Shown piece after piece: positions 49,760-58,871 of a stretch of DNA of 64,000 nt. Each line of letters begins with the position of its first letter. Position 1 is the stretch's first letter. The stretch covers positions 320,001-384,000 of the forward strand of contig JBMNLH010000001.1 in NCBI GenBank assembly GCA_050952625.1, given 5' to 3'. The notes under the pieces are model-generated. The model was not told the origin of the DNA and did no database searches. It saw only the letters and a list, made by a program, of their open reading frames with translations. Made by a program: the position numbers and the translations under genes. The stretch comes from Bacillota bacterium (GTDB lineage: Bacteria; Bacillota; Ch66; Ch109).

Positions 49760-50232
49760 CCTTATTGTCAGGTGTAATATAGACAAATTACTTTTTATAA
49801 AACACGGCAACACCGTGTTTTCTTATGAGCCCTGATATTCTTTGGCATAAGATAAAATAATGAGAAAAAATCACCTTGCCAAAGAAACAACTTAAATATA
49901 CAATAAAGTTGTTGCGCATTGTTGGAATTACGGATGGTTTCAAGAAGGTAAAAATTATTAGAATAGGAAGGAGGAGGAAAGGAGAGGAACATCCGTCTCA
50001 ATTATTAAGCACTATTACCCAGACGCACCTTAAAGCCCGAAAACTTTAACAAATCGCAAAATACTGAGTATGGGAATTTAAGGACAACCGTCATGGCTTG
50101 TAAAATGAACAGTGCTTACGTTTAAAAATAGAAGTAAGCTGACATATTAAATCAATAAGTGTTATAGATAGAGTAATTGGATCTAGGCGATTGCCCATAT
50201 TAAGCCTGAGATCAGAAATATAGGTGGTTGAT

Positions 50233-51429
50233 GTGGCCAAAATCGAAATTAAGAATGTCTACAAAGTATTCGGCCGACATCCGGAAAAAGCTTTAAAAAT
50301 GTTGGGCGAAGGCCGAAAAAAAGATGAAATACTGCAGAAAACTCATCAGGTTGTGGCTCTACAAGATGTATCTTTCAGCGTTGAAGCCGGGGAGACTTTT
50401 GTGGTCATGGGTTTGTCTGGGAGTGGCAAATCTACTCTTATTCGATGCTTAAATCGGTTAGTCGAGCCTACTCGCGGAGAGATCTTGATTGATGAAGAAG
50501 AAGTGACGGCGATGAGTCCCAACCAGTTGTTGCAACTTCGCCGAAATAAACTGGGGATGGTCTTTCAAAGCTTTGCTTTATTTCCCCACCTAACCGTACT
50601 GGAAAACGCCGCCTATGGTTTAAAAGTCCAGGGGGTAAACCGGGAAGAACGGGAGAATAAGGCCCGGCAGGCCCTGGAAACGGTCGGCCTGCAGGGGTGG
50701 GAGGCCAGTAAACCTGATCAGCTCAGTGGTGGAATGCGTCAGCGGGTTGGTTTGGCCCGGGCTTTAGCCAATGACCCGGATATCCTGTTAATGGACGAGG
50801 CTTTTAGTGCCCTTGATCCGCTTATCCGGTCCGATCTACAAGATGAATTAATTGCGCTGCAGCGAAAAATGAATAAAACAATTGTCTTTATTACGCATGA
50901 TTTGGATGAGGCCCTAAAACTAGGTGACCGTATTGCCTTGATGAAAGATGGAAGAGTAGTTCAAATTGGGACGCCAGAAGAAATCCTGATGACTCCAGCC
51001 ACCAACTACGTGGCTCGCTTTGTCGAAGGGGTGGATCGGGCCCGGATCTTGACTGCCGCTAACGTCATGAAAAAGGCAGATCCAGTTGCCTTTCTTAAGG
51101 ATGGTCCCCGTGTTGCCCTGCGAAAAATGAAAGAGTACGGCATCTCCAGTATCTTTGTCGTTGATAAAACCAAGCGATTAAAAGGTTTATTGATGGCTGA
51201 GAAAGCCGTTCAGGCGATCAGAGATGGTAGTACTTCATTTGACAATTATCTGGAATCAGCGATCCCCAAAGTGCTTCCGGAAACCCCGGTCAATGATCTT
51301 TATGCCTTAATGGCTGATGTTGGCGGTCCGGTGGCTGTTAGCTCAGAAGAAGATGAATTGCTGGGCATAATTGTCCGGGGATCAGTTTTTGCCGGCTTAG
51401 CCGGTCAAGGGGTGAATGAAGATGCCTGA
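50233..51429 (+). CDS. opuAA: Glycine betaine ABC transporter ATPase with CBS pair (copy 2)
   Basis: GLSGSGKS, LSGGMRQRVG, DEAFSALDPLIR. Confidence 0.93.
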   Translation: MAKIEIKNVYKVFGRHPEKALKMLGEGRKKDEILQKTHQVVALQDVSFSVEAGETFVVMGLSGSGKSTLIRCLNRLVEPTRGEILIDEEEVTAMSPNQLLQLRRNKLGMVFQSFALFPHLTVLENAAYGLKVQGVNREERENKARQALETVGLQGWEASKPDQLSGGMRQRVGLARALANDPDILLMDEAFSALDPLIRSDLQDELIALQRKMNKTIVFITHDLDEALKLGDRIALMKDGRVVQIGTPEEILMTPATNYVARFVEGVDRARILTAANVMKKADPVAFLKDGPRVALRKMKEYGISSIFVVDKTKRLKGLLMAEKAVQAIRDGSTSFDNYLESAIPKVLPETPVNDLYALMADVGGPVAVSSEEDELLGIIVRGSVFAGLAGQGVNEDA

Positions 51430-52264
51430 GTTTACAATACCACTAGGAGACAAGATTAATGAACTATTTGATCACTTAATCCCAGTTCTTACCCCGGTAA
51501 CCAAAACAATAAGCAATATGCTGTCTTTAATCCTTAATGGCTTTCAAGATTTTCTGCTACTCGGCCCTTCTTGGCTGGTTATTATTTTGATTGGAGCTTT
51601 GGTCTGGTTTTTAGCTGGGAAAAGATTGGCCATCTTCGGTGTCCTTAGTTTGCTATTGATGCTGGGGTTTAACCTTTGGTCCCAAGCAATGGCCACTCTG
51701 TCTTTGGTTATAGTAGGTACCTTGATCGCTTTGGTCCTGGGAATTCCCCTGGGAATCTGGGCTTCGCAAAACAACGTAGTGGAAAAAACGATCCGACCGA
51801 TTTTAGATTTTATGCAGACCTTACCCAGCTTTGTTTATCTGATTCCCGCTGTAGTTTTTTTTGGGCTGGGAAAAGTAGCCGCTGTCGTCGCAACTCTGAT
51901 TTTTGCAATGCCCCCGGCAATACGTTTGACTAACTTGGGTATCCGTCAGGTGCCGGGTGACATGATTGAAGCCTCAAAGGCCTTTGGGGCGACACGAACA
52001 CAAATTTTGCTGGGCGTTCAGTTGCCGATTGCCTTGCCAACTATTATGGCTGGGGTTAACCAATGTATTATGATGTCTCTGTCAATGGCGGTAATTGCCG
52101 CAATGATTGGGGCCGGCGGTTTGGGGGGCGAGGTCCTTAAAGCTATGCAGACAGTCAATATTGGACAAGGGACTGAGGCGGGCATCGGTATCGTTGTTAT
52201 CGCTATTTTACTTGATCGGATCACCGAAAAGGTAACCGGCCCGCGGCGAACTTTGGATACCTAG
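51422..52264 (+). CDS. opuAB: Glycine betaine ABC permease (copy 2); no binding protein gene follows
   Basis: PILDFMQTLPSFVYL, PPAIRLTNLGIRQV. Confidence 0.93.
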   Translation: MPEFTIPLGDKINELFDHLIPVLTPVTKTISNMLSLILNGFQDFLLLGPSWLVIILIGALVWFLAGKRLAIFGVLSLLLMLGFNLWSQAMATLSLVIVGTLIALVLGIPLGIWASQNNVVEKTIRPILDFMQTLPSFVYLIPAVVFFGLGKVAAVVATLIFAMPPAIRLTNLGIRQVPGDMIEASKAFGATRTQILLGVQLPIALPTIMAGVNQCIMMSLSMAVIAAMIGAGGLGGEVLKAMQTVNIGQGTEAGIGIVVIAILLDRITEKVTGPRRTLDT

Positions 52265-52293
52265 GTTTTTTATCCGAAAATGGTTTAGTACGT

Positions 52294-52416
52294 GTCATTG
52301 CTATGAATATAATATTATTTGTTTATTGTGATGCGGTTTACGCATGATAATCTGAGCGAAGCGAAGAATCCCTTCCCACGCTGAAAAGCAGGATCTTCGT
52401 TAACGCTCAGCATGAC
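52294..52416. repeat. Repeat family B, long palindromic copy
   Basis: gtcattgctatgaatata...ctgagcgaagcgaagaatcc...ggatcttcg..cgctcagcatgac. Confidence 0.8.
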
Positions 52417-52481
52417 ATACGTTCGAATGATTTTCCATCCCTTGGCTTCTACCCATTGGTAGGAGTTTTTTATTTTAATCA

Positions 52482-52583
52482 CAAGACACCCACTTCTCTA
52501 AGTGGACGTACATTGTTCTAACTCCCGGTGGAGTAGAGACTCCGCCTTAGGCCTTGATGTCCAGCGAAGATGGGCATGCTCAC
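52482..52583 (+). mobile_element. Orphan IS200/IS605-type right-end remnant, copy 2
   Basis: ccacttctctaagtgg hairpin, ggtggagtagagactcc...gccttgatgt...gcgaag...ctcac; homologous to 17182-17267. Confidence 0.55.
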
Positions 52584-52762
52584 ATTAAATATAAAATTAA
52601 TTGAGTTTTAGAGTATAATATAAGTAAGGTTAAAAAAGGCGGACTGTCCAATGGGGATTGAGTTGTCGCGATCATGGTTTTTCATGCTTTGACAGTGTTG
52701 TCAAGCAGCAGGGTCTATCTAGATTTTGTTAACCTAAGTATTCTCGGAAGGCGGGAACGCGG

Positions 52763-53542
52763 GTGGGTTTCTACAAAACAGAGGCGATAGTACTGCGTAC
52801 CCGGGAGTGGCGAGAAGCCGATCAGTTAGTCACTCTGCTTTCTCCGGATCTGGGTCGATTTAAGGTGGTAGCTCGGGGCGCTCGTAAACCCCGAAGCCGT
52901 CTGCGCGGGGGAATCCAGCCCTTTACCCAGGCCAGACTGATGTTGCATACTGGTCGGTCCCTAGATATTCTAACTGGCAGTGACACCTGTAAATGTTTTT
53001 ATTTTCGGGAAGATTTAGAAAAATTGACGTGGGCTGTCTATTGGGCTGATCTGCTTAATCGGCTCTTGCCGGAAAAGGAGCCTAATCCGGCAGTGTACTC
53101 TTTGTTTCTTCAGTTTCTTTATCTTTTAGAGTCAATAGAATCTATTAACAAAGAGCGGATTGAGAGTCAGATCTTAAATCATTTGTTTGAGCTAAAATTA
53201 ATTAGTCTAGTCGGTTATCGGCCAGAACTTACCCACTGTGTTAACTGCCAGAAGGCCCTGTCCTTAACCAGTGAACAGATTTGGTTTAGCCCAGCGAGAG
53301 GCGGAACAGTCTGCCGTCTTTGTTTCCAGGCATTAGGGTCCGGGGTATTGCCGGTGTCATCGGGAACACTAGCCTTACTAAAGCACTGGCTAAGGATGGA
53401 TGCCCAACAGTTTCGGCGAGTTAGGCCTTCAGAGTCCAATCTCAAGGAATTGGAGCGGTTGCTGCCAGGTTTTTTAGAGTATCATTTGGAGCAGGGTCTA
53501 CCCTCCAGGAAACTAGTGAGGAACTTGGTTGATAAGGAGTGA
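52763..53542 (+). CDS. recO: DNA repair protein RecO
   Basis: AIVLR..E.D, ARGARK..SRL, Zn finger C..C/C..C; synteny era-recO-glyQ. Confidence 0.93.
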   Translation: MGFYKTEAIVLRTREWREADQLVTLLSPDLGRFKVVARGARKPRSRLRGGIQPFTQARLMLHTGRSLDILTGSDTCKCFYFREDLEKLTWAVYWADLLNRLLPEKEPNPAVYSLFLQFLYLLESIESINKERIESQILNHLFELKLISLVGYRPELTHCVNCQKALSLTSEQIWFSPARGGTVCRLCFQALGSGVLPVSSGTLALLKHWLRMDAQQFRRVRPSESNLKELERLLPGFLEYHLEQGLPSRKLVRNLVDKE

Positions 53543-53604
53543 GGGGTGACAAGTCAGGAGTTAGAGTGATTTTTGAGGCATAACGTTTGCAGGGAAGTGC
53601 TAAA

Positions 53605-53780
53605 GTTAGTAAGTAAATTAACACGTATATGTTGTTTGTGTTATTTTTGTTGGTGGTTGTGCCTAACCGGCATGGGCGGTTAGTAAGAAAATAGTTTTAG
53701 TGTCGGGTCATTGCTATGAATATAGCTGTTATTTGTTTATGTGGTGCGGTAAGTATGAAAATTCTGAGCGAAGCGAAGAT
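53605..53780. repeat. Family A (reverse, 53605-53694) joined to family B (53707-53780)
   Basis: ggtggttgtgcc and taacac-N13-gtgtta; gtcattgctatgaatata...tctgagcgaagcgaaga. Confidence 0.85.
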
Positions 53781-53852
53781 GCTTGACCACAGGTGGTTAG
53801 CATAAATATTTCAGGACAGGGGAGAATATTCCTGGAAGGTGGGGGATAAATA

Positions 53853-54287
53853 ATGGAAGATAGTCGAGTAAATTTGGAAAAGGTTGATCTAATTCGGCAA
53901 CGGCTAGGAGTGGGTTATCGCGAAGCCAAAGAGGCTCTGGAGCAGGCTAATGGCGATGTGGTCCAAGCTCTAGTTTTTTTGGAAAGTCAACAGTATCGAT
54001 TAGACGAAAAAGTCGAAACTGAAGGGCGCCGGTTATGGGAACAGATAAAAGGCTTGATTCGTAAAGGAAATGTGAATAAGATTCGTTTGAAAAAAGATGA
54101 TCGAGTACTGGCAGAGATTCCAGTTAGTGTTGGTGCCTTGGGAGCCGTGGGTATAGTGGCTGTACCGCCGCTGGCCGTGTTGGGCGTGGCTGGAACCTTG
54201 GCTGCTTTAGCGACCAATTGCAGTCTGGAAATCGAACGGCCGGATGGGACAATTGAAGAACAAGAGATAGAGAAGATTGACATTTGA
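53853..54287 (+). CDS. DUF4342 protein with N-terminal UBA-like domain
   Basis: LEKVD.IR.R.GV.Y.EAKEALE...GDV..A; LIRKGNVNKI, EIPV. Confidence 0.8.
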   Translation: MEDSRVNLEKVDLIRQRLGVGYREAKEALEQANGDVVQALVFLESQQYRLDEKVETEGRRLWEQIKGLIRKGNVNKIRLKKDDRVLAEIPVSVGALGAVGIVAVPPLAVLGVAGTLAALATNCSLEIERPDGTIEEQEIEKIDI

Positions 54288-54325
54288 AACCGGTTTTGCT
54301 ACATTATTAAAATAAAAATATCGCC

Positions 54326-54595
54326 AGCTTTGATGAAGAAGAGTACCTATTTCAAGGCCTGATCAGAGAGCCGGCAGAAGGTGCGAGCCGGTAGGGTTGA
54401 GATGGGGAAGGCACTTCGGAGCTGTAAGAGGAAAGCTAAACTATCAGAAGTAATGCATTGATTCTGCTGAGGGTTTAGTGAGTAAAACTTACTTTGAATT
54501 AAGGTGGACTCGAAAGGGTCAAACAGGGTGGAACCGCGGGAAATAACCTCTCGTCCCTGCATTAAACTGCACGGACCGGGAGGTTTGTTATTTAT
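54326..54595 (+). ncRNA. Glycine T-box leader
   Basis: GA motif, AGUA, AGAGA and GGUGCGA loops, specifier GGC at 54410-54412, T-box AGGGTGGAACCGCG, terminator; promoter TTGACA(54277)-17-TACATT. Confidence 0.93.
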
Positions 54596-54659
54596 TTATC
54601 TATATAAAAGGGGGGAAGGGGCAGTTTGATCCGGAAAATGGGTCCTACTGCACGTAAGA

Positions 54660-55571
54660 ATGAATTTTCAGGATTTAATCCTGGCTTTGAACCAGTTTTG
54701 GGGAGAGCAGGGCTGTATCATTCAGCAGCCCTATGACATGGAAAAGGGAGCTGGAACCATGAATCCAGCCACTGCCTTACGGGTTTTGGGTCCAGAGCCC
54801 TGGAATGTCGCTTATGTGGAGCCTTCCCGACGACCAACTGATGGTCGCTATGGCGAGAATCCCAACCGGTTGCAGCACTATTACCAATACCAGGTTATTC
54901 TCAAGCCCTCGCCGTTAAATGTCCTGGAGCTTTACTTAGAAAGCCTGCGCCGCATCGGGATAGATCCGTTGGAGCACGACATTCGCTTTGTCGAGGACAA
55001 CTGGGAATCCCCGACCTTGGGTGCCTGGGGATTAGGCTGGGAGGTCTGGCTGGATGGCATGGAGGTAACTCAGTTCACCTACTTCCAGCAGTGCGGGGGG
55101 ATTGATTGCCGGCCAGTCTGCGCAGAAATAACCTACGGGATCGAACGCTTAGCCATGTTTATTCAGAAAAAGGATAGTGTTTTCGATATTGAGTGGGTGA
55201 ATGGGATTACTTACGGGGATGTTCATCATCAGGGTGAGGTTGACTATTCCCACTACAACTTTGAGGTAGCAGATACGGATGCTTTATTCACTTGGTTTGA
55301 GATGTACGAAAAAGAGGCCCTGCGGGTAGTAGAAAAAGGTCTGGTGCAACCGGCCTATGATTACGTCCTCAAGTGTTCGCATACCTTTAACCTGCTGGAT
55401 GCTCGGGGAGCGATCAGTGTTACAGAGCGGACCGGCTTTATTGCCCGGGTGCGGAATTTAGCCCGAACCTGCGCTCAGGCCTATGTTGAACAGCGGGAAC
55501 GGTTAAACTATCCCCTGCTGAAAGACCCGGCCCTGCGTGAGGAACTGGGGTTAGCCCCACAAAAATTGTGA
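54660..55571 (+). CDS. glyQ: Glycine-tRNA ligase alpha subunit
   Basis: [33 protein letters not shown]. Confidence 0.99.
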   Translation: MNFQDLILALNQFWGEQGCIIQQPYDMEKGAGTMNPATALRVLGPEPWNVAYVEPSRRPTDGRYGENPNRLQHYYQYQVILKPSPLNVLELYLESLRRIGIDPLEHDIRFVEDNWESPTLGAWGLGWEVWLDGMEVTQFTYFQQCGGIDCRPVCAEITYGIERLAMFIQKKDSVFDIEWVNGITYGDVHHQGEVDYSHYNFEVADTDALFTWFEMYEKEALRVVEKGLVQPAYDYVLKCSHTFNLLDARGAISVTERTGFIARVRNLARTCAQAYVEQRERLNYPLLKDPALREELGLAPQKL

Positions 55572-55583
55572 TTTCTTATGTTT

Positions 55584-55831
55584 TATCCACCCGCTCGTTA
55601 AGCTAGGCTCAGCTATCAATTAAAGCAACAATAACGAGTACAAGCGTGATTAACGTTGGGTTAGAGTAGACCCCGATGCCCGGTCATTCTGAACGAAGTG
55701 ATGAATTTTTCGCCCTTTGTTACACTCCAGATAACAGAGTCAAGTAAACACGTATAAATAGTTATATCCATAGCAATGACAATAGGAGTAATTTTAAATT
55801 ATGAGGGACAGCGAACCTGTCCCCCTGTCCC
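55584..55831. repeat. Stack of family A (degenerate), B and C repeats between glyQ and glyS
   Basis: tatccaccc..gctagg (A); gtcattctgaacgaag...catagcaatgac (B); gggacag-cgaac-ctgtccc-cctgtcc (C). Confidence 0.7.
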
Positions 55832-55848
55832 GGAGGAGGATTAAATAA

Positions 55849-57942
55849 ATGCCTCGAACCTTATTATTGGAGATTGGTACCGAAGAAATCCCAGCGCGGT
55901 TTATGAAATCAGCCTTGGCTCAATTGAAGGAGTTGGCTGAAAAGACTTTGCTCGAAGAAAGAATTGATTATACCGAGGCCATGGCCTACGGTACGCCACG
56001 ACGTCTGGCATTAATAATTAAAGGAGTAGCGGAAGAGCAGCAGGAGAAAGTAGAAGAGGTCAAGGGTCCGGCCAAAAAAGCAGCTTTTGATGCGGCTGGC
56101 CTGCCAACTAAAGCAGCTCAGGGATTTGCCCGGAGTCAAGGGGTGGCGGTAGACAAGCTGGAGATTCGGACCACGCCAGCCGGTGAATACCTTTTTGCGA
56201 TCAAACAAATCCAGGGCCGTCCAACGGTTGAAGTATTAATAGAGAAGCTGCCGGAGCTAATCACCAGTCTGAGTTTTCCTAAGCCAATGCGCTGGGGCTA
56301 CGGTGAAATGCGGTTTGCCCGGCCGATCCACTGGCTGGTTGCCCTTTATGGCCAGGAAGTAGTTCCGTTTACCCTGGCTGGTTTGACTAGTGGTCGGATA
56401 ACCTATGGCCACCGTTTTCTGGGTCAAGGAGCAATTACTCTGGCTGAGGCTGAGGACTACCTGCCGCGTTTGGAGGAGAATTTCGTAATCGCTGACCAAG
56501 AAAAGCGCCGTTCCTTGATCTGGCAGCAGATTCAGGAACTGGCCCGGCAGGAAGGCGGTCGAGTAGAACCAGACGAAGAACTGCTGGAAGAGGTGACGCA
56601 CCTATTAGAATATCCAACCGCCCTCTGCGGTTGTTTTGCGGACCATTATTTAGAACTGCCGGAAGAAGTCCTGATCACGCCGATGCGGGAACACCAGCGT
56701 TATTTTCCGGTTCGAAACGAAGCCGGTCAGCTATTATCCAAGTTTATTACGGTCCGCAATGGGACCGCGGATCACCTGGAAATTGTCCGAGAAGGCAACG
56801 AAAAAGTCTTAAGGGCGCGTTTGGCTGATGCTCGGTTCTTCTTTGAGGAAGATCTCAAGGTGCCGTTGGAACAAAACATTGAGAAATTAGGCAAAATAGT
56901 CTTTCAGGAAAGCCTGGGAATGGTTTCGGACAAGGTCCAGCGGATCCGGGCTTTGGCCGGGTACCTGGCCCAGCAGTTAGCCTGGCCGGCTGAACGGCTG
57001 GCTGAGCTTGACCGAGCCGCCCTGTTAGCCAAAACGGACCTGGTGACGAATATGGTTTATGAATTTCCGGAACTCCAGGGAATCATGGGGGCCGAGTATG
57101 CCCGGCGCGGGGGAGAACCGGCCGAGGTAGCGCAGGCCATCTTTGAGCACTATCTGCCCCGGCAGGCGGGAGACATTCTGCCGGCTACCGAATTAGGCAT
57201 GGTTGTGAGTTTGGCGGATAAATTCGATACGATTACCGGGTGCTTTGCCGTGGGCATCCAGCCAACCGGTTCCCAAGACCCTTATGCTTTAAGGCGTCAG
57301 GCCTTGGGGATTTGCCGGATAATGCTGGACCGGGATCTGGAAATTTCTCTGAGCACGCTAATTGAGAAGGCCTACCGTTTGTATACTGAAGCGGGTCAGG
57401 TCCGGCTGAAGCTGACTCAAGAACAGGTCACCCAGGAAATATTGGAGTTCTTTAAACAGCGGCTGCGGAATATCTTGAGTGACAGGGGGATTGCTTATGA
57501 TGTTCTGGAGGCTGTTCTGGCGGTCGGCTTTGATAATCTGCCGGACCTGAAACGTCGAGCGGATGGGGTTCAAGCCTTTAGACAGCGAACGGAGTTTGCT
57601 GATTTGATTACTGCTTATACCCGGGCGAATAACTTAGCCCGGCACGCCGATACTGATTTGGTCGATGAGTCCAAATTCGTCGAACCGGTGGAAGGTCGTT
57701 TGTTTGGCGTCCTTGTTCGGGCTCGGGCTGAGGTTCAGGAGGCTTTGCAGCAGAAGGATATTTCGCGAGCTCTGGAAAGCGTAGCGACTCTGCGAGAGCC
57801 GATTGGCGAATTTTTTGAAGGAGTAATGGTAATGGTCGAGGACCAGGCCATTCGGCAAAACCGTTTAGGTCTATTAAAGCTGGTTTCTAACCTGGCGGCT
57901 AAAATTGCTGATTTTTCTCGATTAGTGGGGCAAATTGATTAA
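55849..57942 (+). CDS. glyS: Glycine-tRNA ligase beta subunit
   Basis: LLEIGTEEIPA, TPRRL, MRWG, EFPELQG.MG, PTGSQDPYALRR. Confidence 0.99.
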   Translation: MPRTLLLEIGTEEIPARFMKSALAQLKELAEKTLLEERIDYTEAMAYGTPRRLALIIKGVAEEQQEKVEEVKGPAKKAAFDAAGLPTKAAQGFARSQGVAVDKLEIRTTPAGEYLFAIKQIQGRPTVEVLIEKLPELITSLSFPKPMRWGYGEMRFARPIHWLVALYGQEVVPFTLAGLTSGRITYGHRFLGQGAITLAEAEDYLPRLEENFVIADQEKRRSLIWQQIQELARQEGGRVEPDEELLEEVTHLLEYPTALCGCFADHYLELPEEVLITPMREHQRYFPVRNEAGQLLSKFITVRNGTADHLEIVREGNEKVLRARLADARFFFEEDLKVPLEQNIEKLGKIVFQESLGMVSDKVQRIRALAGYLAQQLAWPAERLAELDRAALLAKTDLVTNMVYEFPELQGIMGAEYARRGGEPAEVAQAIFEHYLPRQAGDILPATELGMVVSLADKFDTITGCFAVGIQPTGSQDPYALRRQALGICRIMLDRDLEISLSTLIEKAYRLYTEAGQVRLKLTQEQVTQEILEFFKQRLRNILSDRGIAYDVLEAVLAVGFDNLPDLKRRADGVQAFRQRTEFADLITAYTRANNLARHADTDLVDESKFVEPVEGRLFGVLVRARAEVQEALQQKDISRALESVATLREPIGEFFEGVMVMVEDQAIRQNRLGLLKLVSNLAAKIADFSRLVGQID

Positions 57943-58047
57943 AATCTAACTCTTTCTAGTGCTTGATACCAGCAGGAAAACGAGACCAGGATGTAGTAAA
58001 ATAATACTATTGGTTTCCTTAGAAAGGGTTAGAAGGAAGGGGTAGCT

Positions 58048-58866
58048 ATGGCCGAAGGAATAAAGCCAGTGATTTATGTGATCTCTGATTCTTTAGGCGA
58101 AACCGCTGAGATGGTCGCCCGAGCTGCTGCCAGTCAGTTTGATGGGGGACGTTCAGAAATCCGACGAATTCCTTATGTTAACACTTTGGAGCATTTAGAA
58201 GATGTCTTAAATGAGGCTAGCACAGTCGGGGCCGTTATTGCCTACACCGTTATTCTGCCTGAGTTACGGCAGCAGATGCAGCACCTTATCCAGGAAAAGA
58301 ATCTAATCGCCGTAGATATCCTGGGGCCAATGGTGGAGGCGGTTGGCCGTCGCTATGGACTGACTCCTAAACTCAAACCAGGATTGCTGTGGCAGATGGA
58401 CGAGCAATACTTTCGTCGAGTCGAGGCCATTGAATTTGCTGTAAAATACGATGATGGCAAGGATGCACGCGGTCTGCCCCTGGCTGATATAGTCCTAATC
58501 GGAGTTTCTCGGACCTCGAAAACGCCGCTCAGTATGTATCTGGCGCACAAGCGATTAAAAGTTGCCAATGTTCCATTGGTGCCAGAGGTGCCTTTACCGA
58601 AGGAATTAACGGAAATTCCGTCTCGTCGGGTGGTAGCTTTAACTATTAAGCCAAATCTTTTAAATTCTATTCGGACCGAGCGGTTAAAGGCCCTGGGGCT
58701 GGCTTCAAATGCCAGTTATGCCAGTATGGATAGAATATTAAGGGAATTAGAGTATGCAGAACAAGTTGTGAAACGACTGGGTTGTCCGGTAATTGATGTG
58801 ACCAACAAGGCAATTGAGGAAACAGCCAGCCGTATTCTGGAAATCTATAACAAGGGGGAGCAGTAA
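58048..58866 (+). CDS. PPDK regulatory kinase/pyrophosphorylase (DUF299)
   Basis: [17 protein letters not shown]...[12 protein letters not shown]; directly before ppdK. Confidence 0.95.
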   Translation: MAEGIKPVIYVISDSLGETAEMVARAAASQFDGGRSEIRRIPYVNTLEHLEDVLNEASTVGAVIAYTVILPELRQQMQHLIQEKNLIAVDILGPMVEAVGRRYGLTPKLKPGLLWQMDEQYFRRVEAIEFAVKYDDGKDARGLPLADIVLIGVSRTSKTPLSMYLAHKRLKVANVPLVPEVPLPKELTEIPSRRVVALTIKPNLLNSIRTERLKALGLASNASYASMDRILRELEYAEQVVKRLGCPVIDVTNKAIEETASRILEIYNKGEQ

Positions 58867-58871
58867 AAGGA

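Noticed and set aside
53629-53694. Hydrophobic 21-aa ORF (MLFVLFLLVVVPNRHGRLVRK) inside repeat family A as a type I toxin
   Set aside because: No SD, the 29215 copy has an in-frame stop and the 9875 copy shifts frame; the TG-rich strand gives hydrophobic codons by composition
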